A program made the position numbers and the translations under genes. DNA of 64,000 bases, from assembly GCA_964371245.1 (NCBI GenBank), contig CAYJKP010000002.1, positions 102,960-166,959 on the forward strand, given 5' to 3'. The notes under the pieces were generated by a model. That model worked only from the letters and a program-made list of their open reading frames with translations, ran no database searches and was not told the DNA's origin. This document shows positions 56,274-64,000 of the stretch, one piece after another. Every line of letters starts with the position of its first letter. Position 1 is the first letter of the stretch. Source of the DNA: an uncultured Gammaproteobacteria bacterium. GTDB lineage: Bacteria; Patescibacteriota; Patescibacteriia; JAHIZJ01.

Positions 56274-57926
56274 CTATTTATATGGTTCAATGCAGAATGT
56301 TAGATAAATATTTTGATCTTTGGTGGCGTCGGCAACGAAAACGCGCGCGGCATACTGTCCGTACTCCGGACTGAGCAGCAGTTGGTCACGATTGACCACG
56401 AGCAAACGCTTGCCTGAGATTTTGCGTACGCAGGCTGGTTCATCAGCCGCGCTTGATTGTTTCGCGATTGCTTCAATCATCGCCGGCGCGTTGGAAACGA
56501 CCACCCGATTGTCGAGTTGTCCATAGACGAGGGTATTTTCTCCACCCGGCAGCTCAATCTGCCAAAGTTTCTGGATCGACTGGCTATCAACACGAAAATC
56601 TTTTTGGTTTCCCGCCTGGGTATCCGGCACCAGCTCGGTTACAGTCGTGCCGTCGCTTAATGTTTTTTCGATTTTGCGGGGTGAGAGGACGCTCAGGACG
56701 TTTTTTATCAAGGCATCCGTGTTATTGGCGACGTCGTTGAGTCCTTCTGGAGCGTTTGGTTGCATTGTCAGTAGGAAGGCCTGCGGGCTATCGTCCGCGG
56801 CCGGCTGTTGCCCAATAATCATATCGGTCTGAAGATTTACGAGCGGCAGAACGTGCTTCGCCCAATCAAAACGAAATTCATTCGTGAAAAAGCTGGGCCA
56901 ATAAAAAATCGATTCGTTATCCGTTGACGGTTCGGCCGCGCTCAACGACTGAAAAACGTCGCGTAAATTGATCCCTAGCCAGGCCAGCCGATAGCTGGGC
57001 GGAAAATAGCGTTCCGCTTGCCGATAAATATTGCTCGCGTCGCCGGCGCTGAGTTTTTCCAGCAAGGTTGCGGGATGATTTGTAACCGAGCCAACAAACA
57101 ATCCGTCGCTGAGATCGACTTGAAAAAATAGATCCGTTTCGGTCATTGTATCGGCGTTGAAATATGTCCGGATCTGTTCGGGCACCGCCTTGGCAAGATC
57201 ATAGCCGGCCGGTTTCAGCCAAAGCGAGAACAGCGTGGCGTTCGGACGATAGACGCTGATGGTGGCGGCCAGCGCATCGGCTTCTTTGTTTTTCACATCG
57301 ATGACGGCGTGAATCGGCGCGGCTGAGTCAGCAATCACAAACATGCCTTTCTTCACCTCGCTCCAATAGAGCCCGGCCGCAGTTTGTGAATCGACGTTGG
57401 AAAAAGGTAAATCAGCAAACAAATCGGCTGGCCGGCTGTCGATCGACACCCCGTGATAGTCAGCGGCTTCACCGCTGCCGCGAAAAAGCTCGTTGAGCAT
57501 TACTCGAAAATCCTTGGCTGACCGCGCCTCGATGATGAACGCCCGACCTTGATTACCCGGGAGAACAAAAAAAGCGGCCTCCTGCCCCAGGACTTTATAC
57601 AAGCGCTGATTATCGAAGGCAGCGGGCAGTTTTTTCTTTATGGCTAGCTCGATCTTCGCGCTCAGCTGTTGCCAGGATTGGTTATCCCGCATCGTTTGGT
57701 CGGCCCGATTAAACAAGCCAAGGTTGAGGTGGGCATAGACAATCGCTGAACGCGGGATGAGCGCGTCGATCCGGTTTGAGCCATGACCAGGCGTATAGGC
57801 ACGCAGAAAAAGCGAAAGCACAATGATACCGACGATAATAACAACGCCCACGCCCAGAGCGAGGAGAAAGCGCGGCTCGATAAGTTTTTTCCGTTCAGCC
57901 GACCACATGGGCGCGGAGATGTTCAA
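56274..57926 (-). CDS. Membrane-anchored hypothetical protein (550 aa)
   Basis: N-terminal TM LLALGVGVVIIVGIIVLSLFL, then a large soluble domain. No motifs recognised. Confidence 0.45.
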   Translation of the reverse strand: MNISAPMWSAERKKLIEPRFLLALGVGVVIIVGIIVLSLFLRAYTPGHGSNRIDALIPRSAIVYAHLNLGLFNRADQTMRDNQSWQQLSAKIELAIKKKLPAAFDNQRLYKVLGQEAAFFVLPGNQGRAFIIEARSAKDFRVMLNELFRGSGEAADYHGVSIDSRPADLFADLPFSNVDSQTAAGLYWSEVKKGMFVIADSAAPIHAVIDVKNKEADALAATISVYRPNATLFSLWLKPAGYDLAKAVPEQIRTYFNADTMTETDLFFQVDLSDGLFVGSVTNHPATLLEKLSAGDASNIYRQAERYFPPSYRLAWLGINLRDVFQSLSAAEPSTDNESIFYWPSFFTNEFRFDWAKHVLPLVNLQTDMIIGQQPAADDSPQAFLLTMQPNAPEGLNDVANNTDALIKNVLSVLSPRKIEKTLSDGTTVTELVPDTQAGNQKDFRVDSQSIQKLWQIELPGGENTLVYGQLDNRVVVSNAPAMIEAIAKQSSAADEPACVRKISGKRLLVVNRDQLLLSPEYGQYAARVFVADATKDQNIYLTFCIEPYK

Positions 57927-58461
57927 TGACTTTTTTAATTACCGCCTCTTTGCCGATTCGCGTGGTATCCAGGACGTAATCATAATGCTTCGGGTCGTAG
58001 ATATCGGCTTGACCATAATACTTCTGATAGCGAAGCTGGTCGCTGGCAATGCGGTTTTTCACGCTGGCCTCGACGTCGGCCTGGCTTTTTGGATTGGCCA
58101 TTTCATTGCGCTTATCCGGGTGGGCTTTCAGATCAAGCCATATTCTCTTCGCGCCTTCCTCGGGGGTGACATCGAGCAATATCTTATACGAATGTGGAAT
58201 CAGAAAATACGATGTCCGGCCTTCAATGACGAAATTATCGTCAGTCTGGCCAAGCTTCTTTTGATATTCGTCAACTTCGCGATCGGTCGAGAAATCGGTT
58301 TCACCTAAATGATTGTATTCCTCCAGGGTCATGCCCCGCTTTCTGGCCATTTCACGACGGAGACCGCCCATGTAGTAGCGCTTCAAACCAAACTCGTCGG
58401 TAATCGCTTGCGCCACCGAACTTTTTCCTGAGCCGGGCTTGCCACTGAGCGTAATAATCAT
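57895..58461 (-). CDS. cmk: Cytidylate kinase, archaeal-type (CMP kinase family 2)
   Basis: 188 aa. MIITLSGKPGSGKSSVAQAITDEFGLKRY... P-loop and overall pattern match the short archaeal Cmk family. Confidence 0.55.
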   Translation of the reverse strand: MIITLSGKPGSGKSSVAQAITDEFGLKRYYMGGLRREMARKRGMTLEEYNHLGETDFSTDREVDEYQKKLGQTDDNFVIEGRTSYFLIPHSYKILLDVTPEEGAKRIWLDLKAHPDKRNEMANPKSQADVEASVKNRIASDQLRYQKYYGQADIYDPKHYDYVLDTTRIGKEAVIKKVIEHLRAHVVG

Positions 58462-58536
58462 GTTGTTACTGTACCAGATAACCGCTGATTGGTAAATAAA
58501 AAAATGGCGGCCGCGGCCGGTTTTTATATTCCAACA

Positions 58537-58839
58537 CTAGGTTTTTATTTCCGGGTCTATTTTTCGCTTGGCCAATTTCCTTTTCGCGTAGGCCGGATAA
58601 AAAAACATAATTAGGCCGGTCAATGCCATCAGCGTTAGAATACCCCCGAACCAGGGGCTTAATCGGTTATGGACATAGCGCAGTAAACCGAGATCAACAA
58701 ATGACATTGACCGTGATACAAAGTCCGGATATTTCAACAATAGTCCTGATGTCGCCATAACAAGAATCAGCGCCGAGATTAACAAGACAAGTAATCGATG
58801 GATTTTTTTCGAAAGGAGAAAGCTATTCATAGCCGTCAT
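58537..58839 (-). CDS. Small membrane protein (100 aa, hypothetical)
   Basis: Two to three TM helices. Confidence 0.35.
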   Translation of the reverse strand: MTAMNSFLLSKKIHRLLVLLISALILVMATSGLLLKYPDFVSRSMSFVDLGLLRYVHNRLSPWFGGILTLMALTGLIMFFYPAYAKRKLAKRKIDPEIKT

Positions 58840-58847
58840 TATTAAAA

Positions 58848-59279
58848 TTATTTGGTGTTTGAATTATTAATATCAAGAGCGCCGATGAGATACGGTGCCA
58901 AGTCGGCATACGCAGCCGGCGAGTGGGCGCCTCGGCCGGCCTTCGTCTGAAAAGCCTGCGTTGCCTCTTGTCCGCAATATTGGGTTATTATATTGCTGCC
59001 GCCCGGATGTTGCTTGAGATAATGAGTAACATTATAAATTTTGTCTTGGATAATAATCCAACAATCGGTGGGGGTTGTATGTTGAGCGACGATACTGGTA
59101 GTGAGGATTGCCTGGTTCGTATTTGAATTACTACCGGTTATCGGACCAGCCGTCTTGTGTCGATAATACCCCGCGGCATAATAGCCGATGATTACCCCGA
59201 AGATGAGGATTAATATCACCCCGATGACAATTTCTTTTCTCATATGACGCAGTATATCATGTCGAATACTCTGAAACAA
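58848..59279 (-). CDS. Membrane-anchored cytochrome b5-like heme-binding domain protein
   Basis: 143 aa. N-terminal TM IVIGVILILIFGVIIGYYAAGYY. Cyt-b5 signature HPGGSNIITQYCGQEATQAF (HPGG). Confidence 0.55.
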   Translation of the reverse strand: MFQSIRHDILRHMRKEIVIGVILILIFGVIIGYYAAGYYRHKTAGPITGSNSNTNQAILTTSIVAQHTTPTDCWIIIQDKIYNVTHYLKQHPGGSNIITQYCGQEATQAFQTKAGRGAHSPAAYADLAPYLIGALDINNSNTK

Positions 59280-59328
59280 TTCAATAACAAAACCGGATTA
59301 TTCATCCGGCCTTGTTATGTTGCGCTAC

Positions 59329-61581
59329 TTAATATCTCCGCGGACCGCCATGGCCGCCGCCGTGCCGATCAAACGGCCGCCGGGGCGGACGGGAACGGGC
59401 GAAGTTCATCCGCTCTTCATGTTCCGCCGGTGTTTCGAGCAGCGCTCGCCGGGACAGACTGATCCGGCCGCGCTCGGCATCCACTTCGAGCACCTTCACC
59501 TTCATGGCATCGCCCACCTTCACCACATCCTCGATTTTGTAAACCCGTTCGCGAGCCAGCTCGGAGATATGGACCATGCCGTCTTTTCCGGGCAGGAATT
59601 CGACGATCACGCCGATTTCTTTGCCGGTGTTCCGGTCGCTGACGATCTGCGTTACCGTGCCTTCGTATTCTTCACCGATCTGAATATCGCGGGTGAGGTT
59701 TGTAATCCAGTCGATCGCCTTCTGAGCCATCTCGGAATTATGCGACGTGACCATGATCAAGCCGTCATCCTCGATATCAATCTTAGTGACGTCCTTGCCC
59801 CCGCAATTATCGATAATGTCGTTAATCGTTTCACCGCCCTTGCCGATGACCTCGCGGATCTTCTTCGGATCAATGCGCATTGAGGTGATCCGTGGGGCGT
59901 AGGGCGAGAGTTCGGCCCGCGGCGCAGCGATGGCCTCAGCCATTTTATCCAGAATAACAGCACGCACTTTTTTCGCCCGTTCGAACGTCTTCTCACAAAT
60001 CTCCAGGCTGATGCCGGCGCATTTCACGTCCAGCTGAACGGCGGTGATCCCATCCTGCGTGCCGGCGACTTTGAAATCCATATCGCCCGAATGGTCTTCC
60101 AGGCCTTGGATATCGCTCAGTAAACGGAATTTATTTTGTGCTTCATCGGACATCATGCCGATTGAGATACCGGCGACGGGTTTTGTGATCGGCACCCCGG
60201 CATCCATGAGGGCGAGGGTTGAGCCGCAGGTTGAAGCCATCGAGGTTGAACCGTTTGATGACAGGACCTCCGACACCACCCGAACGGTATACGGAAACGT
60301 TTCTTTGTCGGGCAAAACCGGCAGTATCGCCTTTTCGGCGAGCGCCCCGTGGCCGATTTCTCGCCGGCCCGGGCCGCGCAACGGCGCGACTTCGCCCACG
60401 GAAAACGCGGGAAAGTTGTAGTGATGCATATACCGCTTCTTGCCGCTTTCTTCCATCGTATCAAGGAACTGTTCGTCGCCCGGCGAACCAAGCGTTACAA
60501 TCGACAGTACCTGGGTCTCGCCGCGATTGAACAGGCCAGAACCATGCGTGCGCGGCAGGATGCCGACTTCGACGGACAAGGGCCGGATGTCTTCGATTCC
60601 GCGGCCGTCCACGCGCTTACCTTTCTCTAGGACCATCGTCCGGATCGCCCGTTCGAGCAATTTTTCAACCAGGTCCGGCGCTTTCAGCCGCATTTCTTTC
60701 GTCACCTCGTTGTCGGCTTTCAGACTGGCGTCAAGGTCAGACAAAAGCTTGGCCTTTTTTTCTTCGAGGCGTGGCTTCTCAGCGGTCTGGATGATATCGC
60801 CCAGGCCGTTCTCGCAAAAAGCGTTGACTTTTTGTTCGAGCAAGAGCTTCGACTTTTCAACTTCGTCCTCAGCCGCGACCTCGACCACCATTTTCGGCGT
60901 GCCGACTTTTTGCCGCACCTCTTCGATGAGGTCAATTATTTTTCGCAGGTGTTTCTGACCAAAGCGTAGAGCCTCCATCATCGTCACTTCAGGGACTTCT
61001 TTCGCACCCGCCTCGAGCATGACAATTTTTTCGGCATTACCGACAACGACAAGATCGAGCTCTGATTTTTCCCGAGCCGAATAGGTTGGGTTCAAAACCC
61101 ATTCACCATTTATCTGGCCGACTCGGACGCCGCTGACCGGACCGTTCCAGGGAATGCTGGAAATCGTCAGCGCGCACGATGCGGCGATCAGCGCGGAAAT
61201 GTCAGGATCGTTTTCTTGATCAATCGACAGCACGGTAATCACAACCTGGACGTCATTGCGAATCGTGTCTTTGAAAAACGGTCGGATCGAACGGTCGATC
61301 ATACGCGATGATAAAATCGCCTCGTCGGTTGGTCGGCCCTCGCGTTTAATGAAGCGTGAGCCTTTAATCTTCCCAGCCGCGTAGAGACGTTCTTCATAAT
61401 CGACGAGCAACGGGAAGTAGTCGATGCCTTCCCGAACGGTATCGCTCATCACCGCCGTGGCTAATACGACTGTGTCGCCGTAACGGATGGTACACGAACC
61501 ATTCGCTTGGCCGGCGAATTTCCCGGTCTCGATGGTCATTTTGCGACCACCGATTTCGGTTTCAAATGTGTTGAGTGGCAT
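59329..61581 (-). CDS. pnp: Polynucleotide phosphorylase
   Basis: 750 aa. Two RNase PH domains, KH and S1 domains (GEEYEGTVTQIVSDRNTGKEIGVIVEF...). Arg/Gly-rich tail. Confidence 0.9.
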   Translation of the reverse strand: MPLNTFETEIGGRKMTIETGKFAGQANGSCTIRYGDTVVLATAVMSDTVREGIDYFPLLVDYEERLYAAGKIKGSRFIKREGRPTDEAILSSRMIDRSIRPFFKDTIRNDVQVVITVLSIDQENDPDISALIAASCALTISSIPWNGPVSGVRVGQINGEWVLNPTYSAREKSELDLVVVGNAEKIVMLEAGAKEVPEVTMMEALRFGQKHLRKIIDLIEEVRQKVGTPKMVVEVAAEDEVEKSKLLLEQKVNAFCENGLGDIIQTAEKPRLEEKKAKLLSDLDASLKADNEVTKEMRLKAPDLVEKLLERAIRTMVLEKGKRVDGRGIEDIRPLSVEVGILPRTHGSGLFNRGETQVLSIVTLGSPGDEQFLDTMEESGKKRYMHHYNFPAFSVGEVAPLRGPGRREIGHGALAEKAILPVLPDKETFPYTVRVVSEVLSSNGSTSMASTCGSTLALMDAGVPITKPVAGISIGMMSDEAQNKFRLLSDIQGLEDHSGDMDFKVAGTQDGITAVQLDVKCAGISLEICEKTFERAKKVRAVILDKMAEAIAAPRAELSPYAPRITSMRIDPKKIREVIGKGGETINDIIDNCGGKDVTKIDIEDDGLIMVTSHNSEMAQKAIDWITNLTRDIQIGEEYEGTVTQIVSDRNTGKEIGVIVEFLPGKDGMVHISELARERVYKIEDVVKVGDAMKVKVLEVDAERGRISLSRRALLETPAEHEERMNFARSRPPRRPFDRHGGGHGGPRRY

Positions 61582-61695
61582 TGAGAAATTCTCCTTTTGA
61601 GAATCCTCGTGACCCCCAGACTCCAGACTTTCATTAGGATAAAATGAAAAAGTCTGTTGGTCTGCGGGCCAAAGAGGACGCTGTAGTTAATTATG

Positions 61696-62292
61696 TTAAG
61701 ACTTCGTTTTTGGTATTGATTGGTTTGCGGGTCTCGCCCGGCCAACATTCTGTATTGGTTTTACCAGACGTTTCAAATTGAACGGTCCGCGGTGGTTGCG
61801 CAGCAAATATTTCGACTCATCGAGACAGAGGTCGGTGAAATCATCAACCACCTCAGTCAAACGGGTGGAGGCGGAACGGGCGAAGGCGACGACTTCGACT
61901 TGCTGGCCGGTGAATTTCAGGTACTCAACCAGCGGAATAAAATCGCCGTCACCGCTGACGATCACAACGACGTCGAGCCGGCTCGCCAAGCGGATCGCAT
62001 CAACGGCCACACCGACATCCCAATCGCCTTTTTTCTGGCCGCCGTAGAAAACTTGCAAATCTTTCGAGCGTATTTCGAACCCTTGCTTACTGAGGGCGTC
62101 AAAAAAACTCTGTTCGTCCGGCGCCTCGGCTTTTATCACATAGGCGATTGCCCGGATAAGCTTTCGACCAGCCACGGCGGTTTTCAAAATTTCGCCAAAA
62201 TTGACCTTTGAGTTATAAATATTCTTGGCGGAATAGTACATGTTCTGCACGTCGACGAATACGCCGACACGCTGTTCTGGATGTTTCATCAT
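61696..62292 (-). CDS. NYN/LabA-like (DUF88) domain protein
   Basis: 198 aa. VGVFVDVQNMYYSAKNIY...DVVVIVSGDGDFIPLVEYLK follows the NYN/LabA pattern (acidic residues D15, D107, D109 typical of the family). Confidence 0.6.
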   Translation of the reverse strand: MMKHPEQRVGVFVDVQNMYYSAKNIYNSKVNFGEILKTAVAGRKLIRAIAYVIKAEAPDEQSFFDALSKQGFEIRSKDLQVFYGGQKKGDWDVGVAVDAIRLASRLDVVVIVSGDGDFIPLVEYLKFTGQQVEVVAFARSASTRLTEVVDDFTDLCLDESKYLLRNHRGPFNLKRLVKPIQNVGRARPANQSIPKTKS

Positions 62293-62341
62293 ATGTTTTT
62301 TGTCTTATCGAAAAAAGCCCGACTCAACGGGTATGCAATAA

Positions 62342-62611
62342 TTAATGCTTGAGTTTTAACTTTTTGATCAGGTTTTGATAGCTCTCGGCATTCTCTTTTT
62401 CAAGATAGCGGAGCAGGCGGCGGCGTTGGCCGACCTTGCGGAGTAGGCCGCGTCGGGAAGAAAAATCCTTTTTATGATCGCGCAGGTGATCGGTGAGCTG
62501 CTGGATTTCCTCGGTCAAAATGGCGATCTGCACCTCGGACGAACCGGTATCGGTTTCGTGCGTTTTAAACTTTTTGATGAGCTCTTCTTTTTTTTGCTTG
62601 TCGATTGCCAT
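62342..62611 (-). CDS. rpsO: 30S ribosomal protein S15
   Basis: 89 aa. ...[49 protein letters not shown] is a canonical S15. Confidence 0.9.
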   Translation of the reverse strand: MAIDKQKKEELIKKFKTHETDTGSSEVQIAILTEEIQQLTDHLRDHKKDFSSRRGLLRKVGQRRRLLRYLEKENAESYQNLIKKLKLKH

Positions 62612-62854
62612 ACGGCGTTCCTTTCGCGTCCGCGAAACCCGAGTTGCGTCCTAACTTTCGCTCCAATTCATCAGTCATGGAGGGGCGCAACCAAGGAGTC
62701 GTAATAAATTAATTAGCTAGCTTAAAATATCACAATCCTTATCTTCTGTCAAGAAGTACGGTTTCTCCAATATTATTAAATAAAAACTGCCATAACTCCG
62801 ATCTGAGAGTCTGGCAGTCACCTTATGGAAAAGAGCGGGGGTCTGGCCCGGCGG

Positions 62855-63175
62855 CTAGATACTTGTCACCAGACTGAACTGGATCGGCGGAGTCTTCTGG
62901 TCCGTACTGTAGGCGCACATGTAACTACAGTCTTCCAGGTGAACGTTGCCAGGTGTCCAAAAGCCGTGTTCTTCGTCATACTGCACCGTGGCCCAGCCCG
63001 TGGCTTGCTGGCCGTCCCCATAGGTAAAGGTGAAATCGACCTTGAGTTTCTGGCTGCGGTCGATGCCGGCCAGCTCGAACGTCACCTTCTCCGGCCTTCC
63101 GAATCGCCGCCGTATGGCGCTTTCGGCCATTCGCACGACCAGATCCTTCACTTCCGCAGAGTCATTTCCTGGCAT
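62855..63175 (-). CDS. Hypothetical protein (106 aa)
   Basis: GC-rich ORF with an ATG start in good context. No motifs. Confidence 0.3.
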   Translation of the reverse strand: MPGNDSAEVKDLVVRMAESAIRRRFGRPEKVTFELAGIDRSQKLKVDFTFTYGDGQQATGWATVQYDEEHGFWTPGNVHLEDCSYMCAYSTDQKTPPIQFSLVTSI

Positions 63176-63239
63176 GCCTTTTTCCTCCCGGGTATTATCC
63201 CTTACCAGGACGGCGTGTCCTGGCTTGCTACCGAACTGC

Positions 63240-63980
63240 CTAGAGTCGCTTAGTCATGAAGGAAAGATCTGAACCTTCAACTTCAAGAATCGCGTACCCC
63301 GGATGCCCCACTCCGAACTGTACGCCCCAGACCGCGGGCACAAACATCATCTCATACGGAACCGGTCCGAACTTGGCCAGCTCCTGGTCTGCCTTCAGTT
63401 TGGCATGGAAGTCACCGAATACTACCGCCTTGATTCTGCCAGAGTAGTCTGAGATCCGTTCCTCAGAGATGACGTTCATCCGGTGGGTGAACAGCACGAC
63501 TTGCTTCGGACCACTGCGGGCAAGCGTCTCCGTGATGAAATCATTCTGCCGGCGAAGCAAATCCTGCAAGAAGGCGCTGTTCGAATCCTTGATCTGCCGC
63601 TTCCACCGAAAGAGGTCGCAGTCGATCCAAACGAACCGGAGGGCGCCGACTTCCTTCATGCCCCAGAGCGGGCCGGCCAATTCAAGCCAGTTGCGGATCG
63701 CCTCTTCACTCAGGTCACCTCCGATATCCCGAGTGATCTCAATCAGGATCTTCGACAGGTCGTTTCCCCAGCGAGGCCGGAAGAAATAATCGACCCCGTC
63801 GCGATATCCTAGGGGGTGCTCCGATGGGACGTGAAACAAAGTCTGTCCCATCGTTTGGCATAGCCTCAGAAATTCTCCGAGAACCGATCGGCCCGCTTTT
63901 CCCTCGGCACCGCGTTCGGCAATGCCGTGGATTTGGTCACCGAGCGTTATCAGCCCGTCACTCTGCAATGACGGATACAC
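63240..63980 (-). CDS. Hypothetical protein, possibly metallophosphoesterase-like. N-terminus may extend or be truncated near the window end
   Basis: 246 aa. ...VVLFTHRMNV...VVFGDFHAKL... loosely resembles calcineurin-like phosphoesterase motifs. The ORF approaches the window edge. Confidence 0.3.
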   Translation of the reverse strand: MYPSLQSDGLITLGDQIHGIAERGAEGKAGRSVLGEFLRLCQTMGQTLFHVPSEHPLGYRDGVDYFFRPRWGNDLSKILIEITRDIGGDLSEEAIRNWLELAGPLWGMKEVGALRFVWIDCDLFRWKRQIKDSNSAFLQDLLRRQNDFITETLARSGPKQVVLFTHRMNVISEERISDYSGRIKAVVFGDFHAKLKADQELAKFGPVPYEMMFVPAVWGVQFGVGHPGYAILEVEGSDLSFMTKRL

Positions 63981-64000
63981 CCGCTGGAGCTTAGCGATCG

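Noticed and set aside
1-64000. Searched for rRNA genes and CRISPR arrays (regularly spaced 25-40 bp direct repeats)
   Set aside because: No rRNA-like conserved blocks and no spaced repeat arrays were seen. The only arrays of repeats are the 7-bp microsatellite and protein-level Cys-module repeats.

Overview
This 64 kb window looks bacterial and is gene-dense. By inference only, it resembles a Candidatus Patescibacteria/CPR-like genome: a reduced housekeeping set, an archaeal-type cytidylate kinase, and a 3351-aa cysteine-rich secreted giant protein. Almost all genes are on the minus strand. Base composition is mixed: roughly 50% GC baseline, with pockets of about 60% GC and one AT-rich block.

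Confident housekeeping calls:
- ABC exporter
- two adjacent CAT-anticodon tRNAs, plus a truncated tRNA 3' end at the window edge
- lgt and lspA (lipoprotein processing)
- secD/secF
- ksgA (rsmA), tsaC, leuS
- LysM/M23 peptidase
- RRM-domain RNA-binding protein
- rpsO and pnp

Features that need a second look:
1. A ~6.5 kb AT-rich integrated element at about 46680-53143, inserted in-frame into comM. It is bounded by an imperfect 12-bp direct repeat and carries a large serine recombinase, an HTH excisionase-like gene, a SpoVG-like gene, a membrane-anchored SNase-family nuclease, and secreted Thr/Asn-rich cysteine-rich proteins.
2. A leuS gene of about 1160-1190 aa with two inserted nucleotide-sanitation-like domains: Ham1/RdgB-like before the TTRPDT editing motif, and a canonical Nudix box after the HDxRDxEF motif. 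It also contains a 4x7-bp microsatellite in the coding region.
3. A secD gene whose periplasmic domain carries a parvulin-like (PpiC-type) PPIase insert.
4. An operon driven by a perfect-consensus sigma70 promoter. It encodes a thrombospondin-type-3-repeat membrane protein, a 3351-aa cysteine-rich secreted giant protein, a 929-aa polytopic membrane/coiled-coil protein and a 459-aa protein. Nearby are three tandem DsbA/thioredoxin-like oxidoreductases, lgt and lspA.
5. A TrwB/VirD4-like P-loop ATPase without an obvious TM segment, followed by a membrane protein and a protein with a sigma70 region-4 motif.
6. A 3.4 kb high-GC island (about 3525-6900) and a roughly 0.6 kb high-GC segment (44460-45060) carrying an RBS-preceded 46-codon ORF and a terminator.

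No rRNA or CRISPR array was seen.
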